Shown here: one piece after another, positions 1-10,272 of the stretch
Position numbering within the stretch: position 1 is the stretch's first letter
Layout of the letters: each line of letters opens with the position of its first letter
Assembly (NCBI GenBank): GCA_040382515.1
Contig: JBEIFH010000004.1
Location: forward strand, 2,470 to 66,469
Source: Chlamydiia bacterium
GTDB lineage: Bacteria; Chlamydiota; Chlamydiia; Chlamydiales; RGXB01
Direction of reading: 5' to 3'
DNA length: 64,000 nt
Made by a program: the position numbers and the translations under genes
Notes under the pieces: generated by a model
Databases searched by the model: none
Seen by the model: the letters and a program-made list of their open reading frames with translations, nothing else
Told to the model about the DNA's origin: nothing

Positions 1-1
1 A

Positions 2-355
2 AAAGCCGCAGAGGGAGGCCCTAATATCTACTACATAGGCGCTTATATTCTTTCGCCAACTCCCCCTTTTGCGGTCAAAAAGCACTCCATTGTCCCTTTT
101 CAGCACCCCGATTTTTACTCGACAGATTCATTAGTCAAAAAAATTTTAAATATGCACTGCATTTTTCCTATAGGGATTGCGTTAAAGGGGGAGAAGATCG
201 TGGTTTCTTATGGTGAAAGTGATGCGGCACTCAAGTTGATGGTACTAGACAAGAAAAAGCTTTTGGAAAGTATGAAGGCGACCAAATATCAAAAAACGGT
301 CGACTTCTTGGTAAAACCTTCAGGGATTTTTTGTAAAGAATTCACAACCGGCTAG
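2..355 (+). CDS. 3' end of a CDS running off the window start; possible GH130-like / beta-propeller glycosidase-phosphorylase C-terminus
   Basis: The frame is open from nt 2 (KAAEGGPNIYYIGAYILSPTPPF...) to the stop at 353-355. The tail CIFPIGIALKGEKIVVSYGESDAALKLMVLDKKKLLESM resembles the last blade of GH130/GH43-type propellers (vFpcG...g..l.iyYGaaDt). This was recalled by eye only. Confidence 0.35.
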   Translation, partial: KAAEGGPNIYYIGAYILSPTPPFAVKKHSIVPFQHPDFYSTDSLVKKILNMHCIFPIGIALKGEKIVVSYGESDAALKLMVLDKKKLLESMKATKYQKTVDFLVKPSGIFCKEFTTG

Positions 356-455
356 AGGGTTTTTCTAATCCAAAAAGATTCTTAGTTGATGGCAATCATA
401 GTAAGATCTCTAAAAAAAGTTTCTGCCCTACTTTGATGATATATTTGATGAGCTG

Positions 456-644
456 GTGTGTGAAATCATAGATGATTACGATTGGGCTGATCTAGTGGAG
501 GGGACAAAAGCCGGTATAAGCAAGATCAATTTTGATATCATCTACGATAAAACACTTAAATCTAGCAGAGCTCATATTCACGATGGATGGTGGAACGGTC
601 TTTATGTGGCTGTTTTGAAAAAGCGTGAGAGTCAAATTTTTTAA
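456..644 (+). CDS. hypothetical small protein (possibly a gene fragment)
   Basis: 62-aa ORF with a GTG start, no recognisable motif and no clear RBS. Confidence 0.2.
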   Translation: MCEIIDDYDWADLVEGTKAGISKINFDIIYDKTLKSSRAHIHDGWWNGLYVAVLKKRESQIF

Positions 645-671
645 AAAGGGGCCTTATTGGTCGTCAGTCGT

Positions 672-2804
672 TTAGCGTTTTTTTTGTTCTTTTCTTCTAG
701 TTGACGCTTTAACCTTCACTTGGCTAAGGGTGCCAGTTGGATCGATGAGCATTCGTATGATTTCTCTTTGTAACTTCCTAAAATTCCGGTATACACTGTG
801 CATAGGGCTTTTGTGTCCACTGGGACGGCTTAAAGAAAGAACAAAGGGTTGAAGGTTTTCTTCTTTTTTGACTTCAACTCCTGACCCTATTAACGCATTA
901 GACAAGGCGAACTGGTCTACAAGGTTGACGTAATCTTCTGCAAACTGCTTTACAAGGGCGAGGTAATCTTCTTCTGTGGAATTTTTCCGGCAAAACTCTC
1001 TACAAAAATAATTTAAAGAGTCAAAGTTTTCAAAATATAAGGCAAGGGGTAAGATTTTGTTGCTCTTATCTTGCATATGCAACTTTAATCCAGATCCCAA
1101 ATCATGTACTAATCCAAAATATTGTCTACCTAATTTAAAAACTTCTGCGTAAACTGAATGACCCTGAAATCCTCCATGCATGATTATTGAGGGGGCTGCA
1201 GAACTCATACTTAGAAGGCTATTAAAATTTTTTACGACGCAGCTTCCAGAAAATTGTCTGTATTTCGTTGTTACACATGGCCATGATTTTTCATCATTTA
1301 GATCTGTTTCTTCAAGGATTTTTACAGCTTCTAGAGGGGATAGAAGTAGCGTGCGCATTTTATTGATCAATCTTTTGGAGCCAGGTTCTATTGAAGCATA
1401 GTCCTCTTCAAGGTCTTTAGGTTTCAATCCACTAAAAGAAGTTTTGCTAGCTTGTATCTTTTCTTGTACTTTCGGGTAAAGTATACCCATCAAAAAGAGA
1501 AAAACAAAGAGAGGATTGTTTCCCTCTAATAGATTTTGGTCCTGGCCCTCCCCAATGTCAAGGATGCCATTTTCGAGCTTCTCTAGGTTGTTTTTTAATT
1601 GATTATATATGGATAAACGATCTGAGAAAATAATCTCATTCCAAAAATTGCATAAGGCTTTTGTTACAAATTCCTCTTTTGTTCCCCACCCGGCTTTACA
1701 AAAATAAACGCATAACTGTTGAAAATCATTCAAGCTAATATATCTGAGGTCATCTGGTATAACCCAATTTATGTGCATTATTGGTGTGACTGTATGTAAA
1801 TATGCATGCTCGTTTTTTTTTCTATGACATATTTTTTCCCTTTCAATAAAATCCTCTGGATTACCTGGAGTCCCTCCAAAACGTTTTTTAAGAAAAAGAA
1901 CCATAGAAAAAGGGTCATCTGTCACATAAACTTTTTCTAAAAAAAATTCGAAATCTTTTGGTTTGATGCAGTCTGCTATCCTTTTTTTTATTTCATTTCT
2001 TTGACCTGTCTTAGTATATGCTGTCCATGATGAATCTATATTTAGTTGATAAATTGCCTGAAAAACGTCAACCAATAAATCCTCAATTGAATCATTTTCG
2101 GGTATATGAAGTAGCTCAGTCCAAATCTCTAGAAGGGTCTTAACATTCTTTATTTGTTCTATAATTCTTTGAAAAACTTCACGTGATGGATAAGGTGGTT
2201 TTAGCGTTTTATGAAAAAAAAATTTGAAATCTTTTCGTGCAATGCAGTCTGCTATCCTTTTTCTTAGTTTGTCTTTTAGATTTATCCTAGAATAAGCTTC
2301 ACATGATGAATCTCTATTTTTTTGATAAATTGCCTGAAAAACGTCAACCAATAAATCCTCTAATGAATCATCTTCAGGTTTAAGAATTAGCTCAGTCCAG
2401 ATTTCTAGAAGGGTATCAACATTCTTTATTTGGTCAATAATTCTTTGAAAAACTTCACGTGATGGGAAAGGTGGTTTTAGCTTTTTAAGAAAGTGGTCTT
2501 TAAGTTCTAAATCTCGAATTTGGAGCAAATTGCTCGGATTTGGCCCATAGATTGCTGACATCCGAAGGTGTGTCAATGATCTTGGAAGAAAATAAGAAAT
2601 TGCAAATTGGCTGGTTTTTTCTGTTGTTTTTGATGAATCTGTATTTGGGTTGACATTCGGGGGGGCGGTAGATGTCGTGCCATCTGAAGTTAGAGTTAAT
2701 ATAGTAAGACCAACTACAGAGATTGTGGAGTCTGTTGGGTTAGGATTTGTCTTTGGGTCTAAGGGGAGTTGTTCAGCTGGTTTATCCGGGGGTATATTGG
2801 CCAT
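672..2804 (-). CDS. large hypothetical protein; Pro/Thr/Asn-rich N-terminus, two tandem repeats of about 92 aa, unassigned C-terminal domain (candidate secreted effector)
   Basis: Uninterrupted 710-aa ORF. The N-terminal 60 aa are low complexity (PPDKPAEQLPLDPKTNPNPTDST...TSTAPPNVNPNTDSS). There is an internal duplication LKPPFPSREVFQRIIDQIKNV.TLLEIWTEL...DLLVDVFQAIYQ...RIADCI..KDF.FF. Confidence 0.7.
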   Translation of the reverse strand: MANIPPDKPAEQLPLDPKTNPNPTDSTISVVGLTILTLTSDGTTSTAPPNVNPNTDSSKTTEKTSQFAISYFLPRSLTHLRMSAIYGPNPSNLLQIRDLELKDHFLKKLKPPFPSREVFQRIIDQIKNVDTLLEIWTELILKPEDDSLEDLLVDVFQAIYQKNRDSSCEAYSRINLKDKLRKRIADCIARKDFKFFFHKTLKPPYPSREVFQRIIEQIKNVKTLLEIWTELLHIPENDSIEDLLVDVFQAIYQLNIDSSWTAYTKTGQRNEIKKRIADCIKPKDFEFFLEKVYVTDDPFSMVLFLKKRFGGTPGNPEDFIEREKICHRKKNEHAYLHTVTPIMHINWVIPDDLRYISLNDFQQLCVYFCKAGWGTKEEFVTKALCNFWNEIIFSDRLSIYNQLKNNLEKLENGILDIGEGQDQNLLEGNNPLFVFLFLMGILYPKVQEKIQASKTSFSGLKPKDLEEDYASIEPGSKRLINKMRTLLLSPLEAVKILEETDLNDEKSWPCVTTKYRQFSGSCVVKNFNSLLSMSSAAPSIIMHGGFQGHSVYAEVFKLGRQYFGLVHDLGSGLKLHMQDKSNKILPLALYFENFDSLNYFCREFCRKNSTEEDYLALVKQFAEDYVNLVDQFALSNALIGSGVEVKKEENLQPFVLSLSRPSGHKSPMHSVYRNFRKLQREIIRMLIDPTGTLSQVKVKASTRRKEQKKR
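1935..2495 (-). repeat. intragenic tandem duplication, 2 units of about 276-279 bp
   Basis: The DNA string gataaattgcctgaaaaacgtcaaccaataaatcctc occurs at 2048 and 2324. gcagtctgctatcc recurs about 270-280 bp apart (about 1970 and about 2244). At protein level, residues about 104-196 match about 197-290 with one 1-aa indel. Confidence 0.85.
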
Positions 2805-2873
2805 AGGCCCACGGATAATAGAATACTATTTTTATGTAAAGCGCAGGCTGGTTTTTTTAAAAATGCCCGTTGT

Positions 2874-4688
2874 TCAGCCATCGGCGTCGGTTTTCAAGAC
2901 ATCAATGAATGTTTCCTGAGGTATCTGGACACTTCCAAATTCCTTCATGCGGGCTTTACCCTCTTTTTGTTTTTCCAGGAGTTTGCGCTTACGGGTGATA
3001 TCTCCACCGTAGCATTTTGCTGTGACGTTTTTGGCAAGGGCACTGATCGTTTCACGAGCGATCACGCTGCCGCCGATGGCCGCTTGGATAGGAATCTTGA
3101 AGAGGTGTTTTGGAATCGATTCTTTGAGCTTTGCGCAAAGGCCACGTCCACGACGCTCAGCTTTTGAGCGATGCACTAGGACGGAAAAGGCATCCACAGT
3201 CTCTTCATTGACCCTGATCTCTAGTTTTATGATGTCCCCCTTTTCGTAGTGATCCGATTCGTAGTCAAACGAAGCGTATCCTTGCGTAATCGATTTAAGC
3301 CGATCATTGAAGTCGGTGACGATCTCGTTGAGCGGAAATTTATAGGTCAATAACAGGCGATCACCCGAAACCGATTCGGTCTTTTCTAAAACGCCCCGCT
3401 TATCCATCGATAGATTCATGATACCGCCAAGGTATTCTTTCGGCGTGATAATATGGCAGACGACCCAAGGCTCTTCCACCATTTTAATGTGAGTTGGATC
3501 GGGGTAGTGGGCCGGGTTGTCTATTTCTTGGATAGAGCCATCCGTTTTATGAATCTTATATTTAACGCTTGGGGAGGTGGTAATGATATCAAGATCGAAT
3601 TCTCGTCTGAGTCGTTCAAAAATGATCTCCAGGTGCAATAGACCCAAAAATCCGCAGCGGAATCCGAGCCCCAAAACCTGGGAATTTTCATTTTCCACAA
3701 ATAGGGCGGCATCGTTTAGCTGAAGTTTTTTCAACGCGTCTTTTAAAGACTCGTAATCGCCTGTATCTACAGGGTAAATCGCTGCAAAGACCACAGGTTT
3801 GATTTGCCGAAAGCCGGGGAGTGGCTCCGATGCACCAAAACGGTCTGTTGTGATGGTATCGCCAATTTTCACGTCATGAACGTTTTTGATGTTAGCCAGA
3901 ATGTATCCCACTTCTCCGGGCCTGAGGGTTTCAGTCGGCTTGTCATTCGGAGCAAATATACCCACCTCAAGCACCTCGTAGGTCTTTTGGGTTGCCATTA
4001 AGAGAATCTTTGTCCCTTTTTTCACTTCACCCGACATCACACGAATGTATACCATCACGCCCCTATAGGTGTCATAGTGGGAGTCGAAAATAAGGGCCCT
4101 TAGCACATCATCTTTCGGGGGTTTGGGAGCGGGGATATCATTGACGATAACATCAAGAACCTCTTGTATCCCGATACCTACTTTGGCAGAACAGTGGACC
4201 GCTTTGGAGGCATCGAGGCCAATAATTTCCTCAACCTGTTTTTTAACCTCTTCGGGATTCGCTGCCGGCAGGTCAATCTTGTTGATCACGGTGACAATTT
4301 CCAAGTCGCGATCGATCGCTAGATAGACATTAGCTAAAGTTTGTGCTTGTACACCTTGAACGGCATCGACAACAAGCAAAGCCCCTTCACACGCGGATAA
4401 GGAGCGGGACACCTCATAGCTGAAATCGACATGACCGGGTGTATCGATGAAGTTGATGGTATAAATCTGCCCGTCGGGCGCATCGTAACGCATGGTCACC
4501 GGATGGCATTTGATCGTAATCCCTTTTTCCCTTTCCAGATCCATCTTGTCCAATAGCTGCGCCTGCATGTCGCGACTGGCTACCGTTTTAGTGATCTCCA
4601 ACAAGCGGTCCGAAAGGGTCGATTTTCCATGGTCGATGTGGGCAATAATGGAGAAATTTCGGATGTTTTCTAATTTGTATGCGCTCAT
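2874..4688 (-). CDS. lepA: elongation factor 4 (LepA)
   Basis: N-terminus [35 protein letters not shown] and the LepA-specific C-terminal domain; 604 aa. Confidence 0.97.
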   Translation of the reverse strand: MSAYKLENIRNFSIIAHIDHGKSTLSDRLLEITKTVASRDMQAQLLDKMDLEREKGITIKCHPVTMRYDAPDGQIYTINFIDTPGHVDFSYEVSRSLSACEGALLVVDAVQGVQAQTLANVYLAIDRDLEIVTVINKIDLPAANPEEVKKQVEEIIGLDASKAVHCSAKVGIGIQEVLDVIVNDIPAPKPPKDDVLRALIFDSHYDTYRGVMVYIRVMSGEVKKGTKILLMATQKTYEVLEVGIFAPNDKPTETLRPGEVGYILANIKNVHDVKIGDTITTDRFGASEPLPGFRQIKPVVFAAIYPVDTGDYESLKDALKKLQLNDAALFVENENSQVLGLGFRCGFLGLLHLEIIFERLRREFDLDIITTSPSVKYKIHKTDGSIQEIDNPAHYPDPTHIKMVEEPWVVCHIITPKEYLGGIMNLSMDKRGVLEKTESVSGDRLLLTYKFPLNEIVTDFNDRLKSITQGYASFDYESDHYEKGDIIKLEIRVNEETVDAFSVLVHRSKAERRGRGLCAKLKESIPKHLFKIPIQAAIGGSVIARETISALAKNVTAKCYGGDITRKRKLLEKQKEGKARMKEFGSVQIPQETFIDVLKTDADG

Positions 4689-4793
4689 GAAAGGTAGGGG
4701 GGTTATTTAAAAAAACTCGTTTAAAGATCTTAGCATAAAAACGGATTAAATCCTACGAGTGAAATAAGAGTCGCTATAAGGGGGGGAATTCTA

Positions 4794-4824
4794 TAAAAAA
4801 ACCCCACTTTTAAAGTGGGGTTTT
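4794..4824 (-). terminator. rho-independent terminator downstream of ntt (hairpin flanked by A/T runs on both sides)
   Basis: ACCCCAC (4801-4807) / GTGGGGT (4815-4821), a 7-bp perfect stem with a 7-nt loop. The A6 run at 4795-4800 gives a U-tract on the minus strand. Confidence 0.6.
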
Positions 4825-4851
4825 AGATTTAAGGACTATTGTCCTGTATCA

Positions 4852-6462
4852 TCAAGTGGCTGGACTTGGTTGACTACTGGCATTAGTCTCAGCTTTTTGC
4901 TCTGTCAACTCTTTGAATTTCGTATTCAATCTGAACACGGAGAGGATCCAGAGTGCTACAACACCGATCGCTATTGGCGCGATGATAGGAGCTAGCTGGT
5001 AAAGAGCGCTGCCTGAGTATGCAGTCAGCAGTCCCATTTGTGTGTAGGAGCCAAGGGATTTTCCACCACGGCCGCCGATCACGTCTACAGCCGCTTTTCC
5101 TTTCACTTTAAGCTCAGGATCTAGCGGGATGTAGGCCATCTCTTTAGTTGGGTCGAAAAGAGAGTACTTTACCGCTTTACCGAAGGCGTTTACAAACAAT
5201 CCTACGATAACCGCAAAGACAATCAACTCTTTATTGATGATCCCTTCTTTGATCGCCTGGACAATTTGCATTCCGCTCGGGATGAGCGTGTTGTTGTACT
5301 GGATCACTCCAAAGAACACAAGGATTCCTGAAATCAGAACCACAGGTGTTACAAGAGCACAGGTTCTCCAGCTAAATAGACGTAGCAAGTTGCTACCCAC
5401 AAGCATCAATGCCACCGCAATACCACCCGTAAGGGTAGAGAGTCCGCCCATAACCTGGTTGTATTCTACCTCGTTCGGGTAAGCGATCTTGATTTGTCCT
5501 TTCCAAACTCCCTCGAAGAGGTTGATGGAGACACCGTAAGCAAGTACGAGCATCGCGATGAAGCCGAGGTATGGGGATTGGAGGATAAGCTTGAAGCTGT
5601 CCATCATGGAAAGCTTGGCTTTCTTCTTTTTGCCTTCGCCCATTTCTTCCGGATTGTAGTGGCGGATGTCTGTTAGAACAGCGCGGTTCATCCAGTAAAA
5701 AGTACCGATAAGAAGGACCCCTGCCGCAATGACGAAAGCCATCAAGACTTTCAACATCAAGCCGGTAGATTCAAAACGGCTCAAGCCGAGGCTGTGGATC
5801 CACTGGGATACGAGGATAATAGCGGGTCCGGACATCAAGAGTCCAAAGTTTCCTACGAAACCGAACATCCCGTAAAAACGGCGTGATTGCTTCACCGGGG
5901 TGATTGCATTCGCAAAAGCCCAGAAAAGGAGGGATAGTACTGCACTGCCCCAAAGCTCGGACAGGATGTAGAAGGTAGTGTAGGTCCAGTTGCCGATGAG
6001 CGGGATCAACCACTTGAAGACGGGGTAGGAGGCTTGCAGGGACTGGATAGTCTCAAGGTTCATGTGGAGTGTTTCTACGTGGGGGTAGATGAAGTAGGGG
6101 AACAATCCGAAGAAGATCAAGAAGGGGAGTGCGGTGACGTAGAAAAGCCCTTCACGCTTGAAGATGTTCGCGGCCTTTGTATATAGGACCATGAAAAGAA
6201 TCGCCGAAATGGTCACTCCGATACCTTTTGCAAAGGCAAGGCTCTCAGCTCCGGCTCCAGGAGCGTTCACGAGGATCGCGTCCTTGGTGTCCCGCAACAC
6301 TGTATAAATAAACAGGATGCAGAACATCATGATGCCCATAGGTAAAAACTTTTTAATTTCGAAAGAGTGGATAGGCCAGAGCAGTTTTCGCCATCCGGTG
6401 AACTCTTCCGTTGCTTGTTGAGACATATGTTTCCTTTGTTCTAAAACTTGTCCTAGTTTCAA
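4852..6462 (-). CDS. ntt: nucleotide transporter of the Ntt/Tlc (ATP/ADP translocase) family
   Basis: 536 aa and polytopic. N-terminal WRKLLWPIHSFEIKKFLPMGIMMFCILFIYTVLRDTKDAILV matches the conserved start of chlamydial/rickettsial Ntt/Tlc proteins. Paralog and substrate cannot be assigned. Confidence 0.92.
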   Translation of the reverse strand: MKLGQVLEQRKHMSQQATEEFTGWRKLLWPIHSFEIKKFLPMGIMMFCILFIYTVLRDTKDAILVNAPGAGAESLAFAKGIGVTISAILFMVLYTKAANIFKREGLFYVTALPFLIFFGLFPYFIYPHVETLHMNLETIQSLQASYPVFKWLIPLIGNWTYTTFYILSELWGSAVLSLLFWAFANAITPVKQSRRFYGMFGFVGNFGLLMSGPAIILVSQWIHSLGLSRFESTGLMLKVLMAFVIAAGVLLIGTFYWMNRAVLTDIRHYNPEEMGEGKKKKAKLSMMDSFKLILQSPYLGFIAMLVLAYGVSINLFEGVWKGQIKIAYPNEVEYNQVMGGLSTLTGGIAVALMLVGSNLLRLFSWRTCALVTPVVLISGILVFFGVIQYNNTLIPSGMQIVQAIKEGIINKELIVFAVIVGLFVNAFGKAVKYSLFDPTKEMAYIPLDPELKVKGKAAVDVIGGRGGKSLGSYTQMGLLTAYSGSALYQLAPIIAPIAIGVVALWILSVFRLNTKFKELTEQKAETNASSQPSPAT

Positions 6463-6562
6463 AAATTTCTTTTAAGAAATCGGTAGTCGAACCGGCTTTC
6501 ACTAGGGGTAATTGTCAGACAACTATTTTACCCTCTTTTACATTAAATGCAAGGGCTCAGTA

Positions 6563-6604
6563 GGAAAAAATAACCCGGCTCTCTGGTAAAAGGGCCGGGT
6601 TATT
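6563..6604 (-). terminator. rho-independent terminator downstream of euo
   Basis: AATAACCCGGC (6569-6579) / GCCGGGTTATT (6594-6604), an 11-bp perfect stem with a 14-nt loop. On the minus strand it is followed by T6 (complement of the A-run 6563-6568). Confidence 0.65.
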
Positions 6605-6625
6605 AAATAAATCTTTTACATTATG

Positions 6626-7141
6626 TTATTTTGAAGGAACAGACTCGGTATAATTTGCCCAGAGAGTTTCATCGATCCTTTCTTGTCGAATGGATTGGAT
6701 CAATTCCCTTTTGATGGCTGCCAAAGATTTTTTTGGGGTTAAAAGGGCCAAAATCTCTCTTGCATTTGCATTTCTCGCCAAAGCGATCATTTGTTCAATC
6801 TGTGTCTTGTTCAGGTGGGGGAAATCCTTCTTTTTGCGACTACCCCTGGGCGCCCTTTGTTTTGGGCTGATACTTGATGGGGCGGGGGGATTAAGAATGA
6901 ATTTTTCAATTAAGGTTGCCAGTTCTTTTGGGTCTCGGCGCTTCATTTTTTTTAAAGTAAAGTGGTGCATGTACCCACCGGTTGTCATCGGAATGTATTT
7001 GCAAAGCTCATTTTCTTTACGAGCCCCCACTTTTTTTATAGCCCGTGCTATGACCGCCTCGAAGTCCTCAAGCGCTCTAGCCTCGGATTTGGTTTCCTTT
7101 GTGTAGCTCATGCCTTTAAGTCCTACTTCTTTAGTTTTCAA
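6626..7141 (-). CDS. euo: Euo, chlamydial early-gene DNA-binding repressor
   Basis: 171 aa. The block KENELCKYIPMTTGGYMHHFTLKKMKRRDPKELATLIEKFILNPP matches my recollection of the conserved Euo core (ENELC.YIPM..GY.HHFT.KKMK). The family is restricted to Chlamydiae. Confidence 0.75.
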   Translation of the reverse strand: MKTKEVGLKGMSYTKETKSEARALEDFEAVIARAIKKVGARKENELCKYIPMTTGGYMHHFTLKKMKRRDPKELATLIEKFILNPPAPSSISPKQRAPRGSRKKKDFPHLNKTQIEQMIALARNANAREILALLTPKKSLAAIKRELIQSIRQERIDETLWANYTESVPSK

Positions 7142-7424
7142 ACAGCTTAAAAAACAGATGGATTTTTGTTTAACCCATTTTAAAAGTAATATTTAACACA
7201 AGGTAACTTTCAAAAGCAAGCAAAATTAAAATTTAAACTTTATTCAGTGAGTAAAAAAATTTTCACTTTTTCTGTTATCTAAAATTTTTTTAATCCCTTT
7301 TATAAACTCAGAAAGGAAGCGATTAGGCAAACAAAAAAATAACTCCGGAATTTTAAAATAATTTATTCGTATCAGGGCCCTTTTTTTCAAAGAGATCTTG
7401 TATTTCTTGATTTGATAATTTAAT

Positions 7425-8267
7425 ATGGTACCCTTCATGCCATTGCCTATCATTAAGGGTGCTTCACAGGCCCCAAAAATAAAAAAGTTAGTTGCCGTTG
7501 CCGCCGGAAAAGGGGGGGTAGGCAAGTCCACAGTTTGCGCAGGTTTGGCTCGGGCAGCTTCTGTTAGGGGGCTCAAAGTGGGCGTTTTGGATGCCGACGT
7601 GTACGGCCCCTCCGTCCCCATTTTATTTCCGGCTGATGTGTCTCCGAAGGTGGAGCAAGGTAAAATCATTCCGGCAGTGAGTGCGGGGATCAAGGTCCTC
7701 TCTGTAACCCATTTCGGATTTGCCGAAACAGCGACCGCTTTTAGGGCTCCTGTTGTCAACATGTTCTTGCAGCAGTGCATGCACCAAGTAGACTGGGGTG
7801 AACTAGATGTCCTTTTTGTCGACTTCCCTCCCGGCGTGGGCGATGTTCACCTCTGTTTATTGCAGGAATGGGCATTTTCTGGTGTTGTTCTTGTGACTTT
7901 GCCCAATCGGATCAGCCTCAGCGATGTCGAAAAGGCCTGTTTGTCCTTTTTGGATATGGGCGTTCCGGTGAGCTGCGTTTTAGAAAACATGGCTTTTACT
8001 GGCCAGGAGGGGGAGGGTAGTGCCCCCCTTTTTGGCAGCGTTGCTATTAAGCCTTTGCTAGAACTAAGCAAAGCGCCGCTGAATAAAAAATTGCCGTTTG
8101 ATCCCAAATTCACTGCGCTTATTGACCAAGGGGATAACCCGTACATGCAATCGAGGCTAACCCCTATGGCAGCGCATCTCCAAACAGTAGAAAAAGAGCT
8201 TTTTGATCTGCTTGATGCCGCCCCTGTCCCCGATGTCTACCCGATGCTTTTGGAGTGGAAACTATGA
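7425..8267 (+). CDS. mrp: Mrp/ApbC/NBP35-family Fe-S cluster carrier ATPase
   Basis: VAVAAGKGGVGKSTV deviant Walker A, LDADVYGPSVP and DFPPGVGD. The start could be a downstream Met. Confidence 0.9.
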   Translation: MVPFMPLPIIKGASQAPKIKKLVAVAAGKGGVGKSTVCAGLARAASVRGLKVGVLDADVYGPSVPILFPADVSPKVEQGKIIPAVSAGIKVLSVTHFGFAETATAFRAPVVNMFLQQCMHQVDWGELDVLFVDFPPGVGDVHLCLLQEWAFSGVVLVTLPNRISLSDVEKACLSFLDMGVPVSCVLENMAFTGQEGEGSAPLFGSVAIKPLLELSKAPLNKKLPFDPKFTALIDQGDNPYMQSRLTPMAAHLQTVEKELFDLLDAAPVPDVYPMLLEWKL

Positions 8268-8539
8268 ACGGAACTTTTTTAGAAATGAAGCAGCTCGATC
8301 TAAAAACGGTAGCCCTTTTTTACAGCGATGGTACTGTGAAAAAGCTTTTCTTGAGCACAGTTCAAAAAAATTGCGCTTGCAGCCGTTGTAAAGGGAAAGA
8401 GCCTTTACTTAAAGGGGACGTAATTGTTTCAAAAATCACCTCCGTTGGCAGGTACGGACTGAAATTCCATTTTTTAACGGGTTGTCAACAGGGGATATTT
8501 TCCCACCGGCAATTGCGGGAGATCCCATGCGATATTTGA
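8264..8539 (+). CDS. DUF971 (gamma-butyrobetaine hydroxylase-like N-terminal) domain protein
   Basis: FYSDGTVKKLFLSTVQKNCACSRC...VGRYGLKFHF..GCQQGIFSHRQLREI fits the DUF971 pattern (C.C..C, G.Y, GiY...L). The ATG at 8264 overlaps the mrp stop (ATGA). Mrp-DUF971 adjacency is common. Confidence 0.7.
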   Translation: MNGTFLEMKQLDLKTVALFYSDGTVKKLFLSTVQKNCACSRCKGKEPLLKGDVIVSKITSVGRYGLKFHFLTGCQQGIFSHRQLREIPCDI

Positions 8540-9507
8540 AGTTTTTGTGGATAGCCCCTTTTATTTTTCTTTTATCGTTTCGGAGCTTGCCGGACAAGAA
8601 CACCCCGTTGCAAAAGTGGATGGAACCTGACTCTAAAAAGCTCCATATTCTTGTGACCACAAGGATGTGTGCAAGTCTTGTTGAGGAGGTCGGGGGTGAT
8701 CGGGTGCACGTCTGGACACTGATCGATGAAGATTTAGATCCCCACTCTTACCAACTTGTGAAAGGGGATGCAGAAAAATTTAGGCGCGCCGATCTTATAA
8801 TTGCGAACGGTTTGCATTTAGAACATGGGAGAAGTCTACAAAATCTTCTAGAGGAAAAAGAGGCGCTGTTTTTAGGCGATAAGATTTTCTCTTTGTCCCC
8901 CGAGCTTTTTTTGCCTATGGACAATGGGATAGACCCCCATTTTTGGATGGATGTCTCTTTATTCAGCAGATCTGTTCCCTATATAGTGGAGGCGTTACAA
9001 AAAAAAGATCCTCTGCACAGCCAAGAGTACGCGGTCCGCGGAGGGCAGCTGTTATTGCAATTGGATCTTTTGGATCATAAAATTCGTGTTCTTATGTCAA
9101 AGATCCCGTTGGAAAAAAGATATTTGGTCACAAGCCACGATGCATTCCAGTACTTTGCTCGACGCTATTTGGTTAAAAACGGGGCTGAAGGGGATCATTT
9201 GGACCATTTCTTAGCTCCGGAAGGGGTCTCCCCTGATGGCCAAATAGGGGCTTTAGACATCCAAAAAATCATCCGCCATGTGGTGAAAAATAGGGTTCCT
9301 GTTGTGTTTGCCGAATCAAATATATCGAAAGACTCGTTGAATAAAATCATTGAAGCCTGTCGCTCGCAAGGGGTGGAGCTCCGGTTGTCGAGATCCGATC
9401 TATACGCGGATTCGATGGGGGAAGAATCCTATATTAAGATGATGGAACACAATGCTAGGGTTATCCAAAGTGAACTTTATCCGATTCATCCCGATGAGAA
9501 TTTTTAG
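8527..9507 (+). CDS. ytgA: metal ABC transporter substrate-binding protein (TroA/ZnuA/MntC family; YtgA)
   Basis: Signal-like MRYLKFLWIAPFIFLLSF, then HILVTTRMCASLVEEVGGDRVHVWTLI..DLDPHSYQL...DPHFW. The ORF is open from 8482, but the Met at 8527 gives the signal peptide. Confidence 0.85.
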   Translation: MRYLKFLWIAPFIFLLSFRSLPDKNTPLQKWMEPDSKKLHILVTTRMCASLVEEVGGDRVHVWTLIDEDLDPHSYQLVKGDAEKFRRADLIIANGLHLEHGRSLQNLLEEKEALFLGDKIFSLSPELFLPMDNGIDPHFWMDVSLFSRSVPYIVEALQKKDPLHSQEYAVRGGQLLLQLDLLDHKIRVLMSKIPLEKRYLVTSHDAFQYFARRYLVKNGAEGDHLDHFLAPEGVSPDGQIGALDIQKIIRHVVKNRVPVVFAESNISKDSLNKIIEACRSQGVELRLSRSDLYADSMGEESYIKMMEHNARVIQSELYPIHPDENF

Positions 9508-9522
9508 CATGCAGGGTTCAAA

Positions 9523-10272
9523 ATGACGAAAAAGAGAATTGAGCTCGAAAATTTGAGTATTTATTACGGCAAAAGATGCGCTATTTGGGACATCAATGTG
9601 GAGTTTCAAACCCATAGTTTGACCGGGATCTTGGGCCCAAACGGCTCGGGTAAGAGCACCATGGTTCAAGGGATGCTGGGGTTGATCCCTATCACCTCCG
9701 GTTCTGCTCGGCTCCACGGCTCTACCGTCGCTTACGTTCCACAAAAAAAAGAGATCGATCTAGATTTTCCCATCAGCGTTTTTGAGCTGGTTCTCATGGG
9801 CGCTTACTCCCGATTGGGCTGGCTGAAATGGTATAACAAGAGGGAAAAGGCGCGCGCTTTGGAAATTATGGAGCGTTTGGGTATCTCAGCTATCAAGCAG
9901 AGGCAGATCCAAGAGATTTCTGGAGGGCAGCTTCAACGGGCGATTGTGGCGAGGGCGCTCATGCAGGATGTCGATTTTTATGTACTCGACGAGCCGTTTA
10001 CCGGGATCGATTTTGCCACCGAAAAATTGCTTTTATCCTTGTTTAAAGAGTTGCGGGATTTGAAAAAAGGGGTCATCCTTGTCCACCATGACCTCACGAA
10101 TGTAGAGGAGATCTTCGACCACGTGGTGATGGTCAATTCACGCCTTGTGGAGGCGGGTCCTACCAAGCAAGTTTTCAATCCTGAGTCTATTCGGAAAACC
10201 TATGGAGAGAAAAACTCTCTTCTGGAAGAAGCAAGTCATCTTTTTGAAAAAGTGCAAAGGGGAAAATCCTAA
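9523..10272 (+). CDS. ytgB: metal ABC transporter ATP-binding protein (YtgB)
   Basis: Walker A GPNGSGKST, signature SGGQLQR, Walker B FYVLDEP. Confidence 0.92.
   Translation: MTKKRIELENLSIYYGKRCAIWDINVEFQTHSLTGILGPNGSGKSTMVQGMLGLIPITSGSARLHGSTVAYVPQKKEIDLDFPISVFELVLMGAYSRLGWLKWYNKREKARALEIMERLGISAIKQRQIQEISGGQLQRAIVARALMQDVDFYVLDEPFTGIDFATEKLLLSLFKELRDLKKGVILVHHDLTNVEEIFDHVVMVNSRLVEAGPTKQVFNPESIRKTYGEKNSLLEEASHLFEKVQRGKS

Noticed and set aside
6690-7150. 138-aa and 62-aa + strand ORFs opposite euo
   Set aside because: They are antisense to the Euo-like CDS. They are hydrophobic or low-complexity translations without start context.
7244-7780. 178-aa ORF antisense to the 5' half of mrp
   Set aside because: It lies fully within or opposite a gene with clear Mrp/ApbC motifs. 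Its composition is low complexity and it has no motif. This is a typical shadow ORF.
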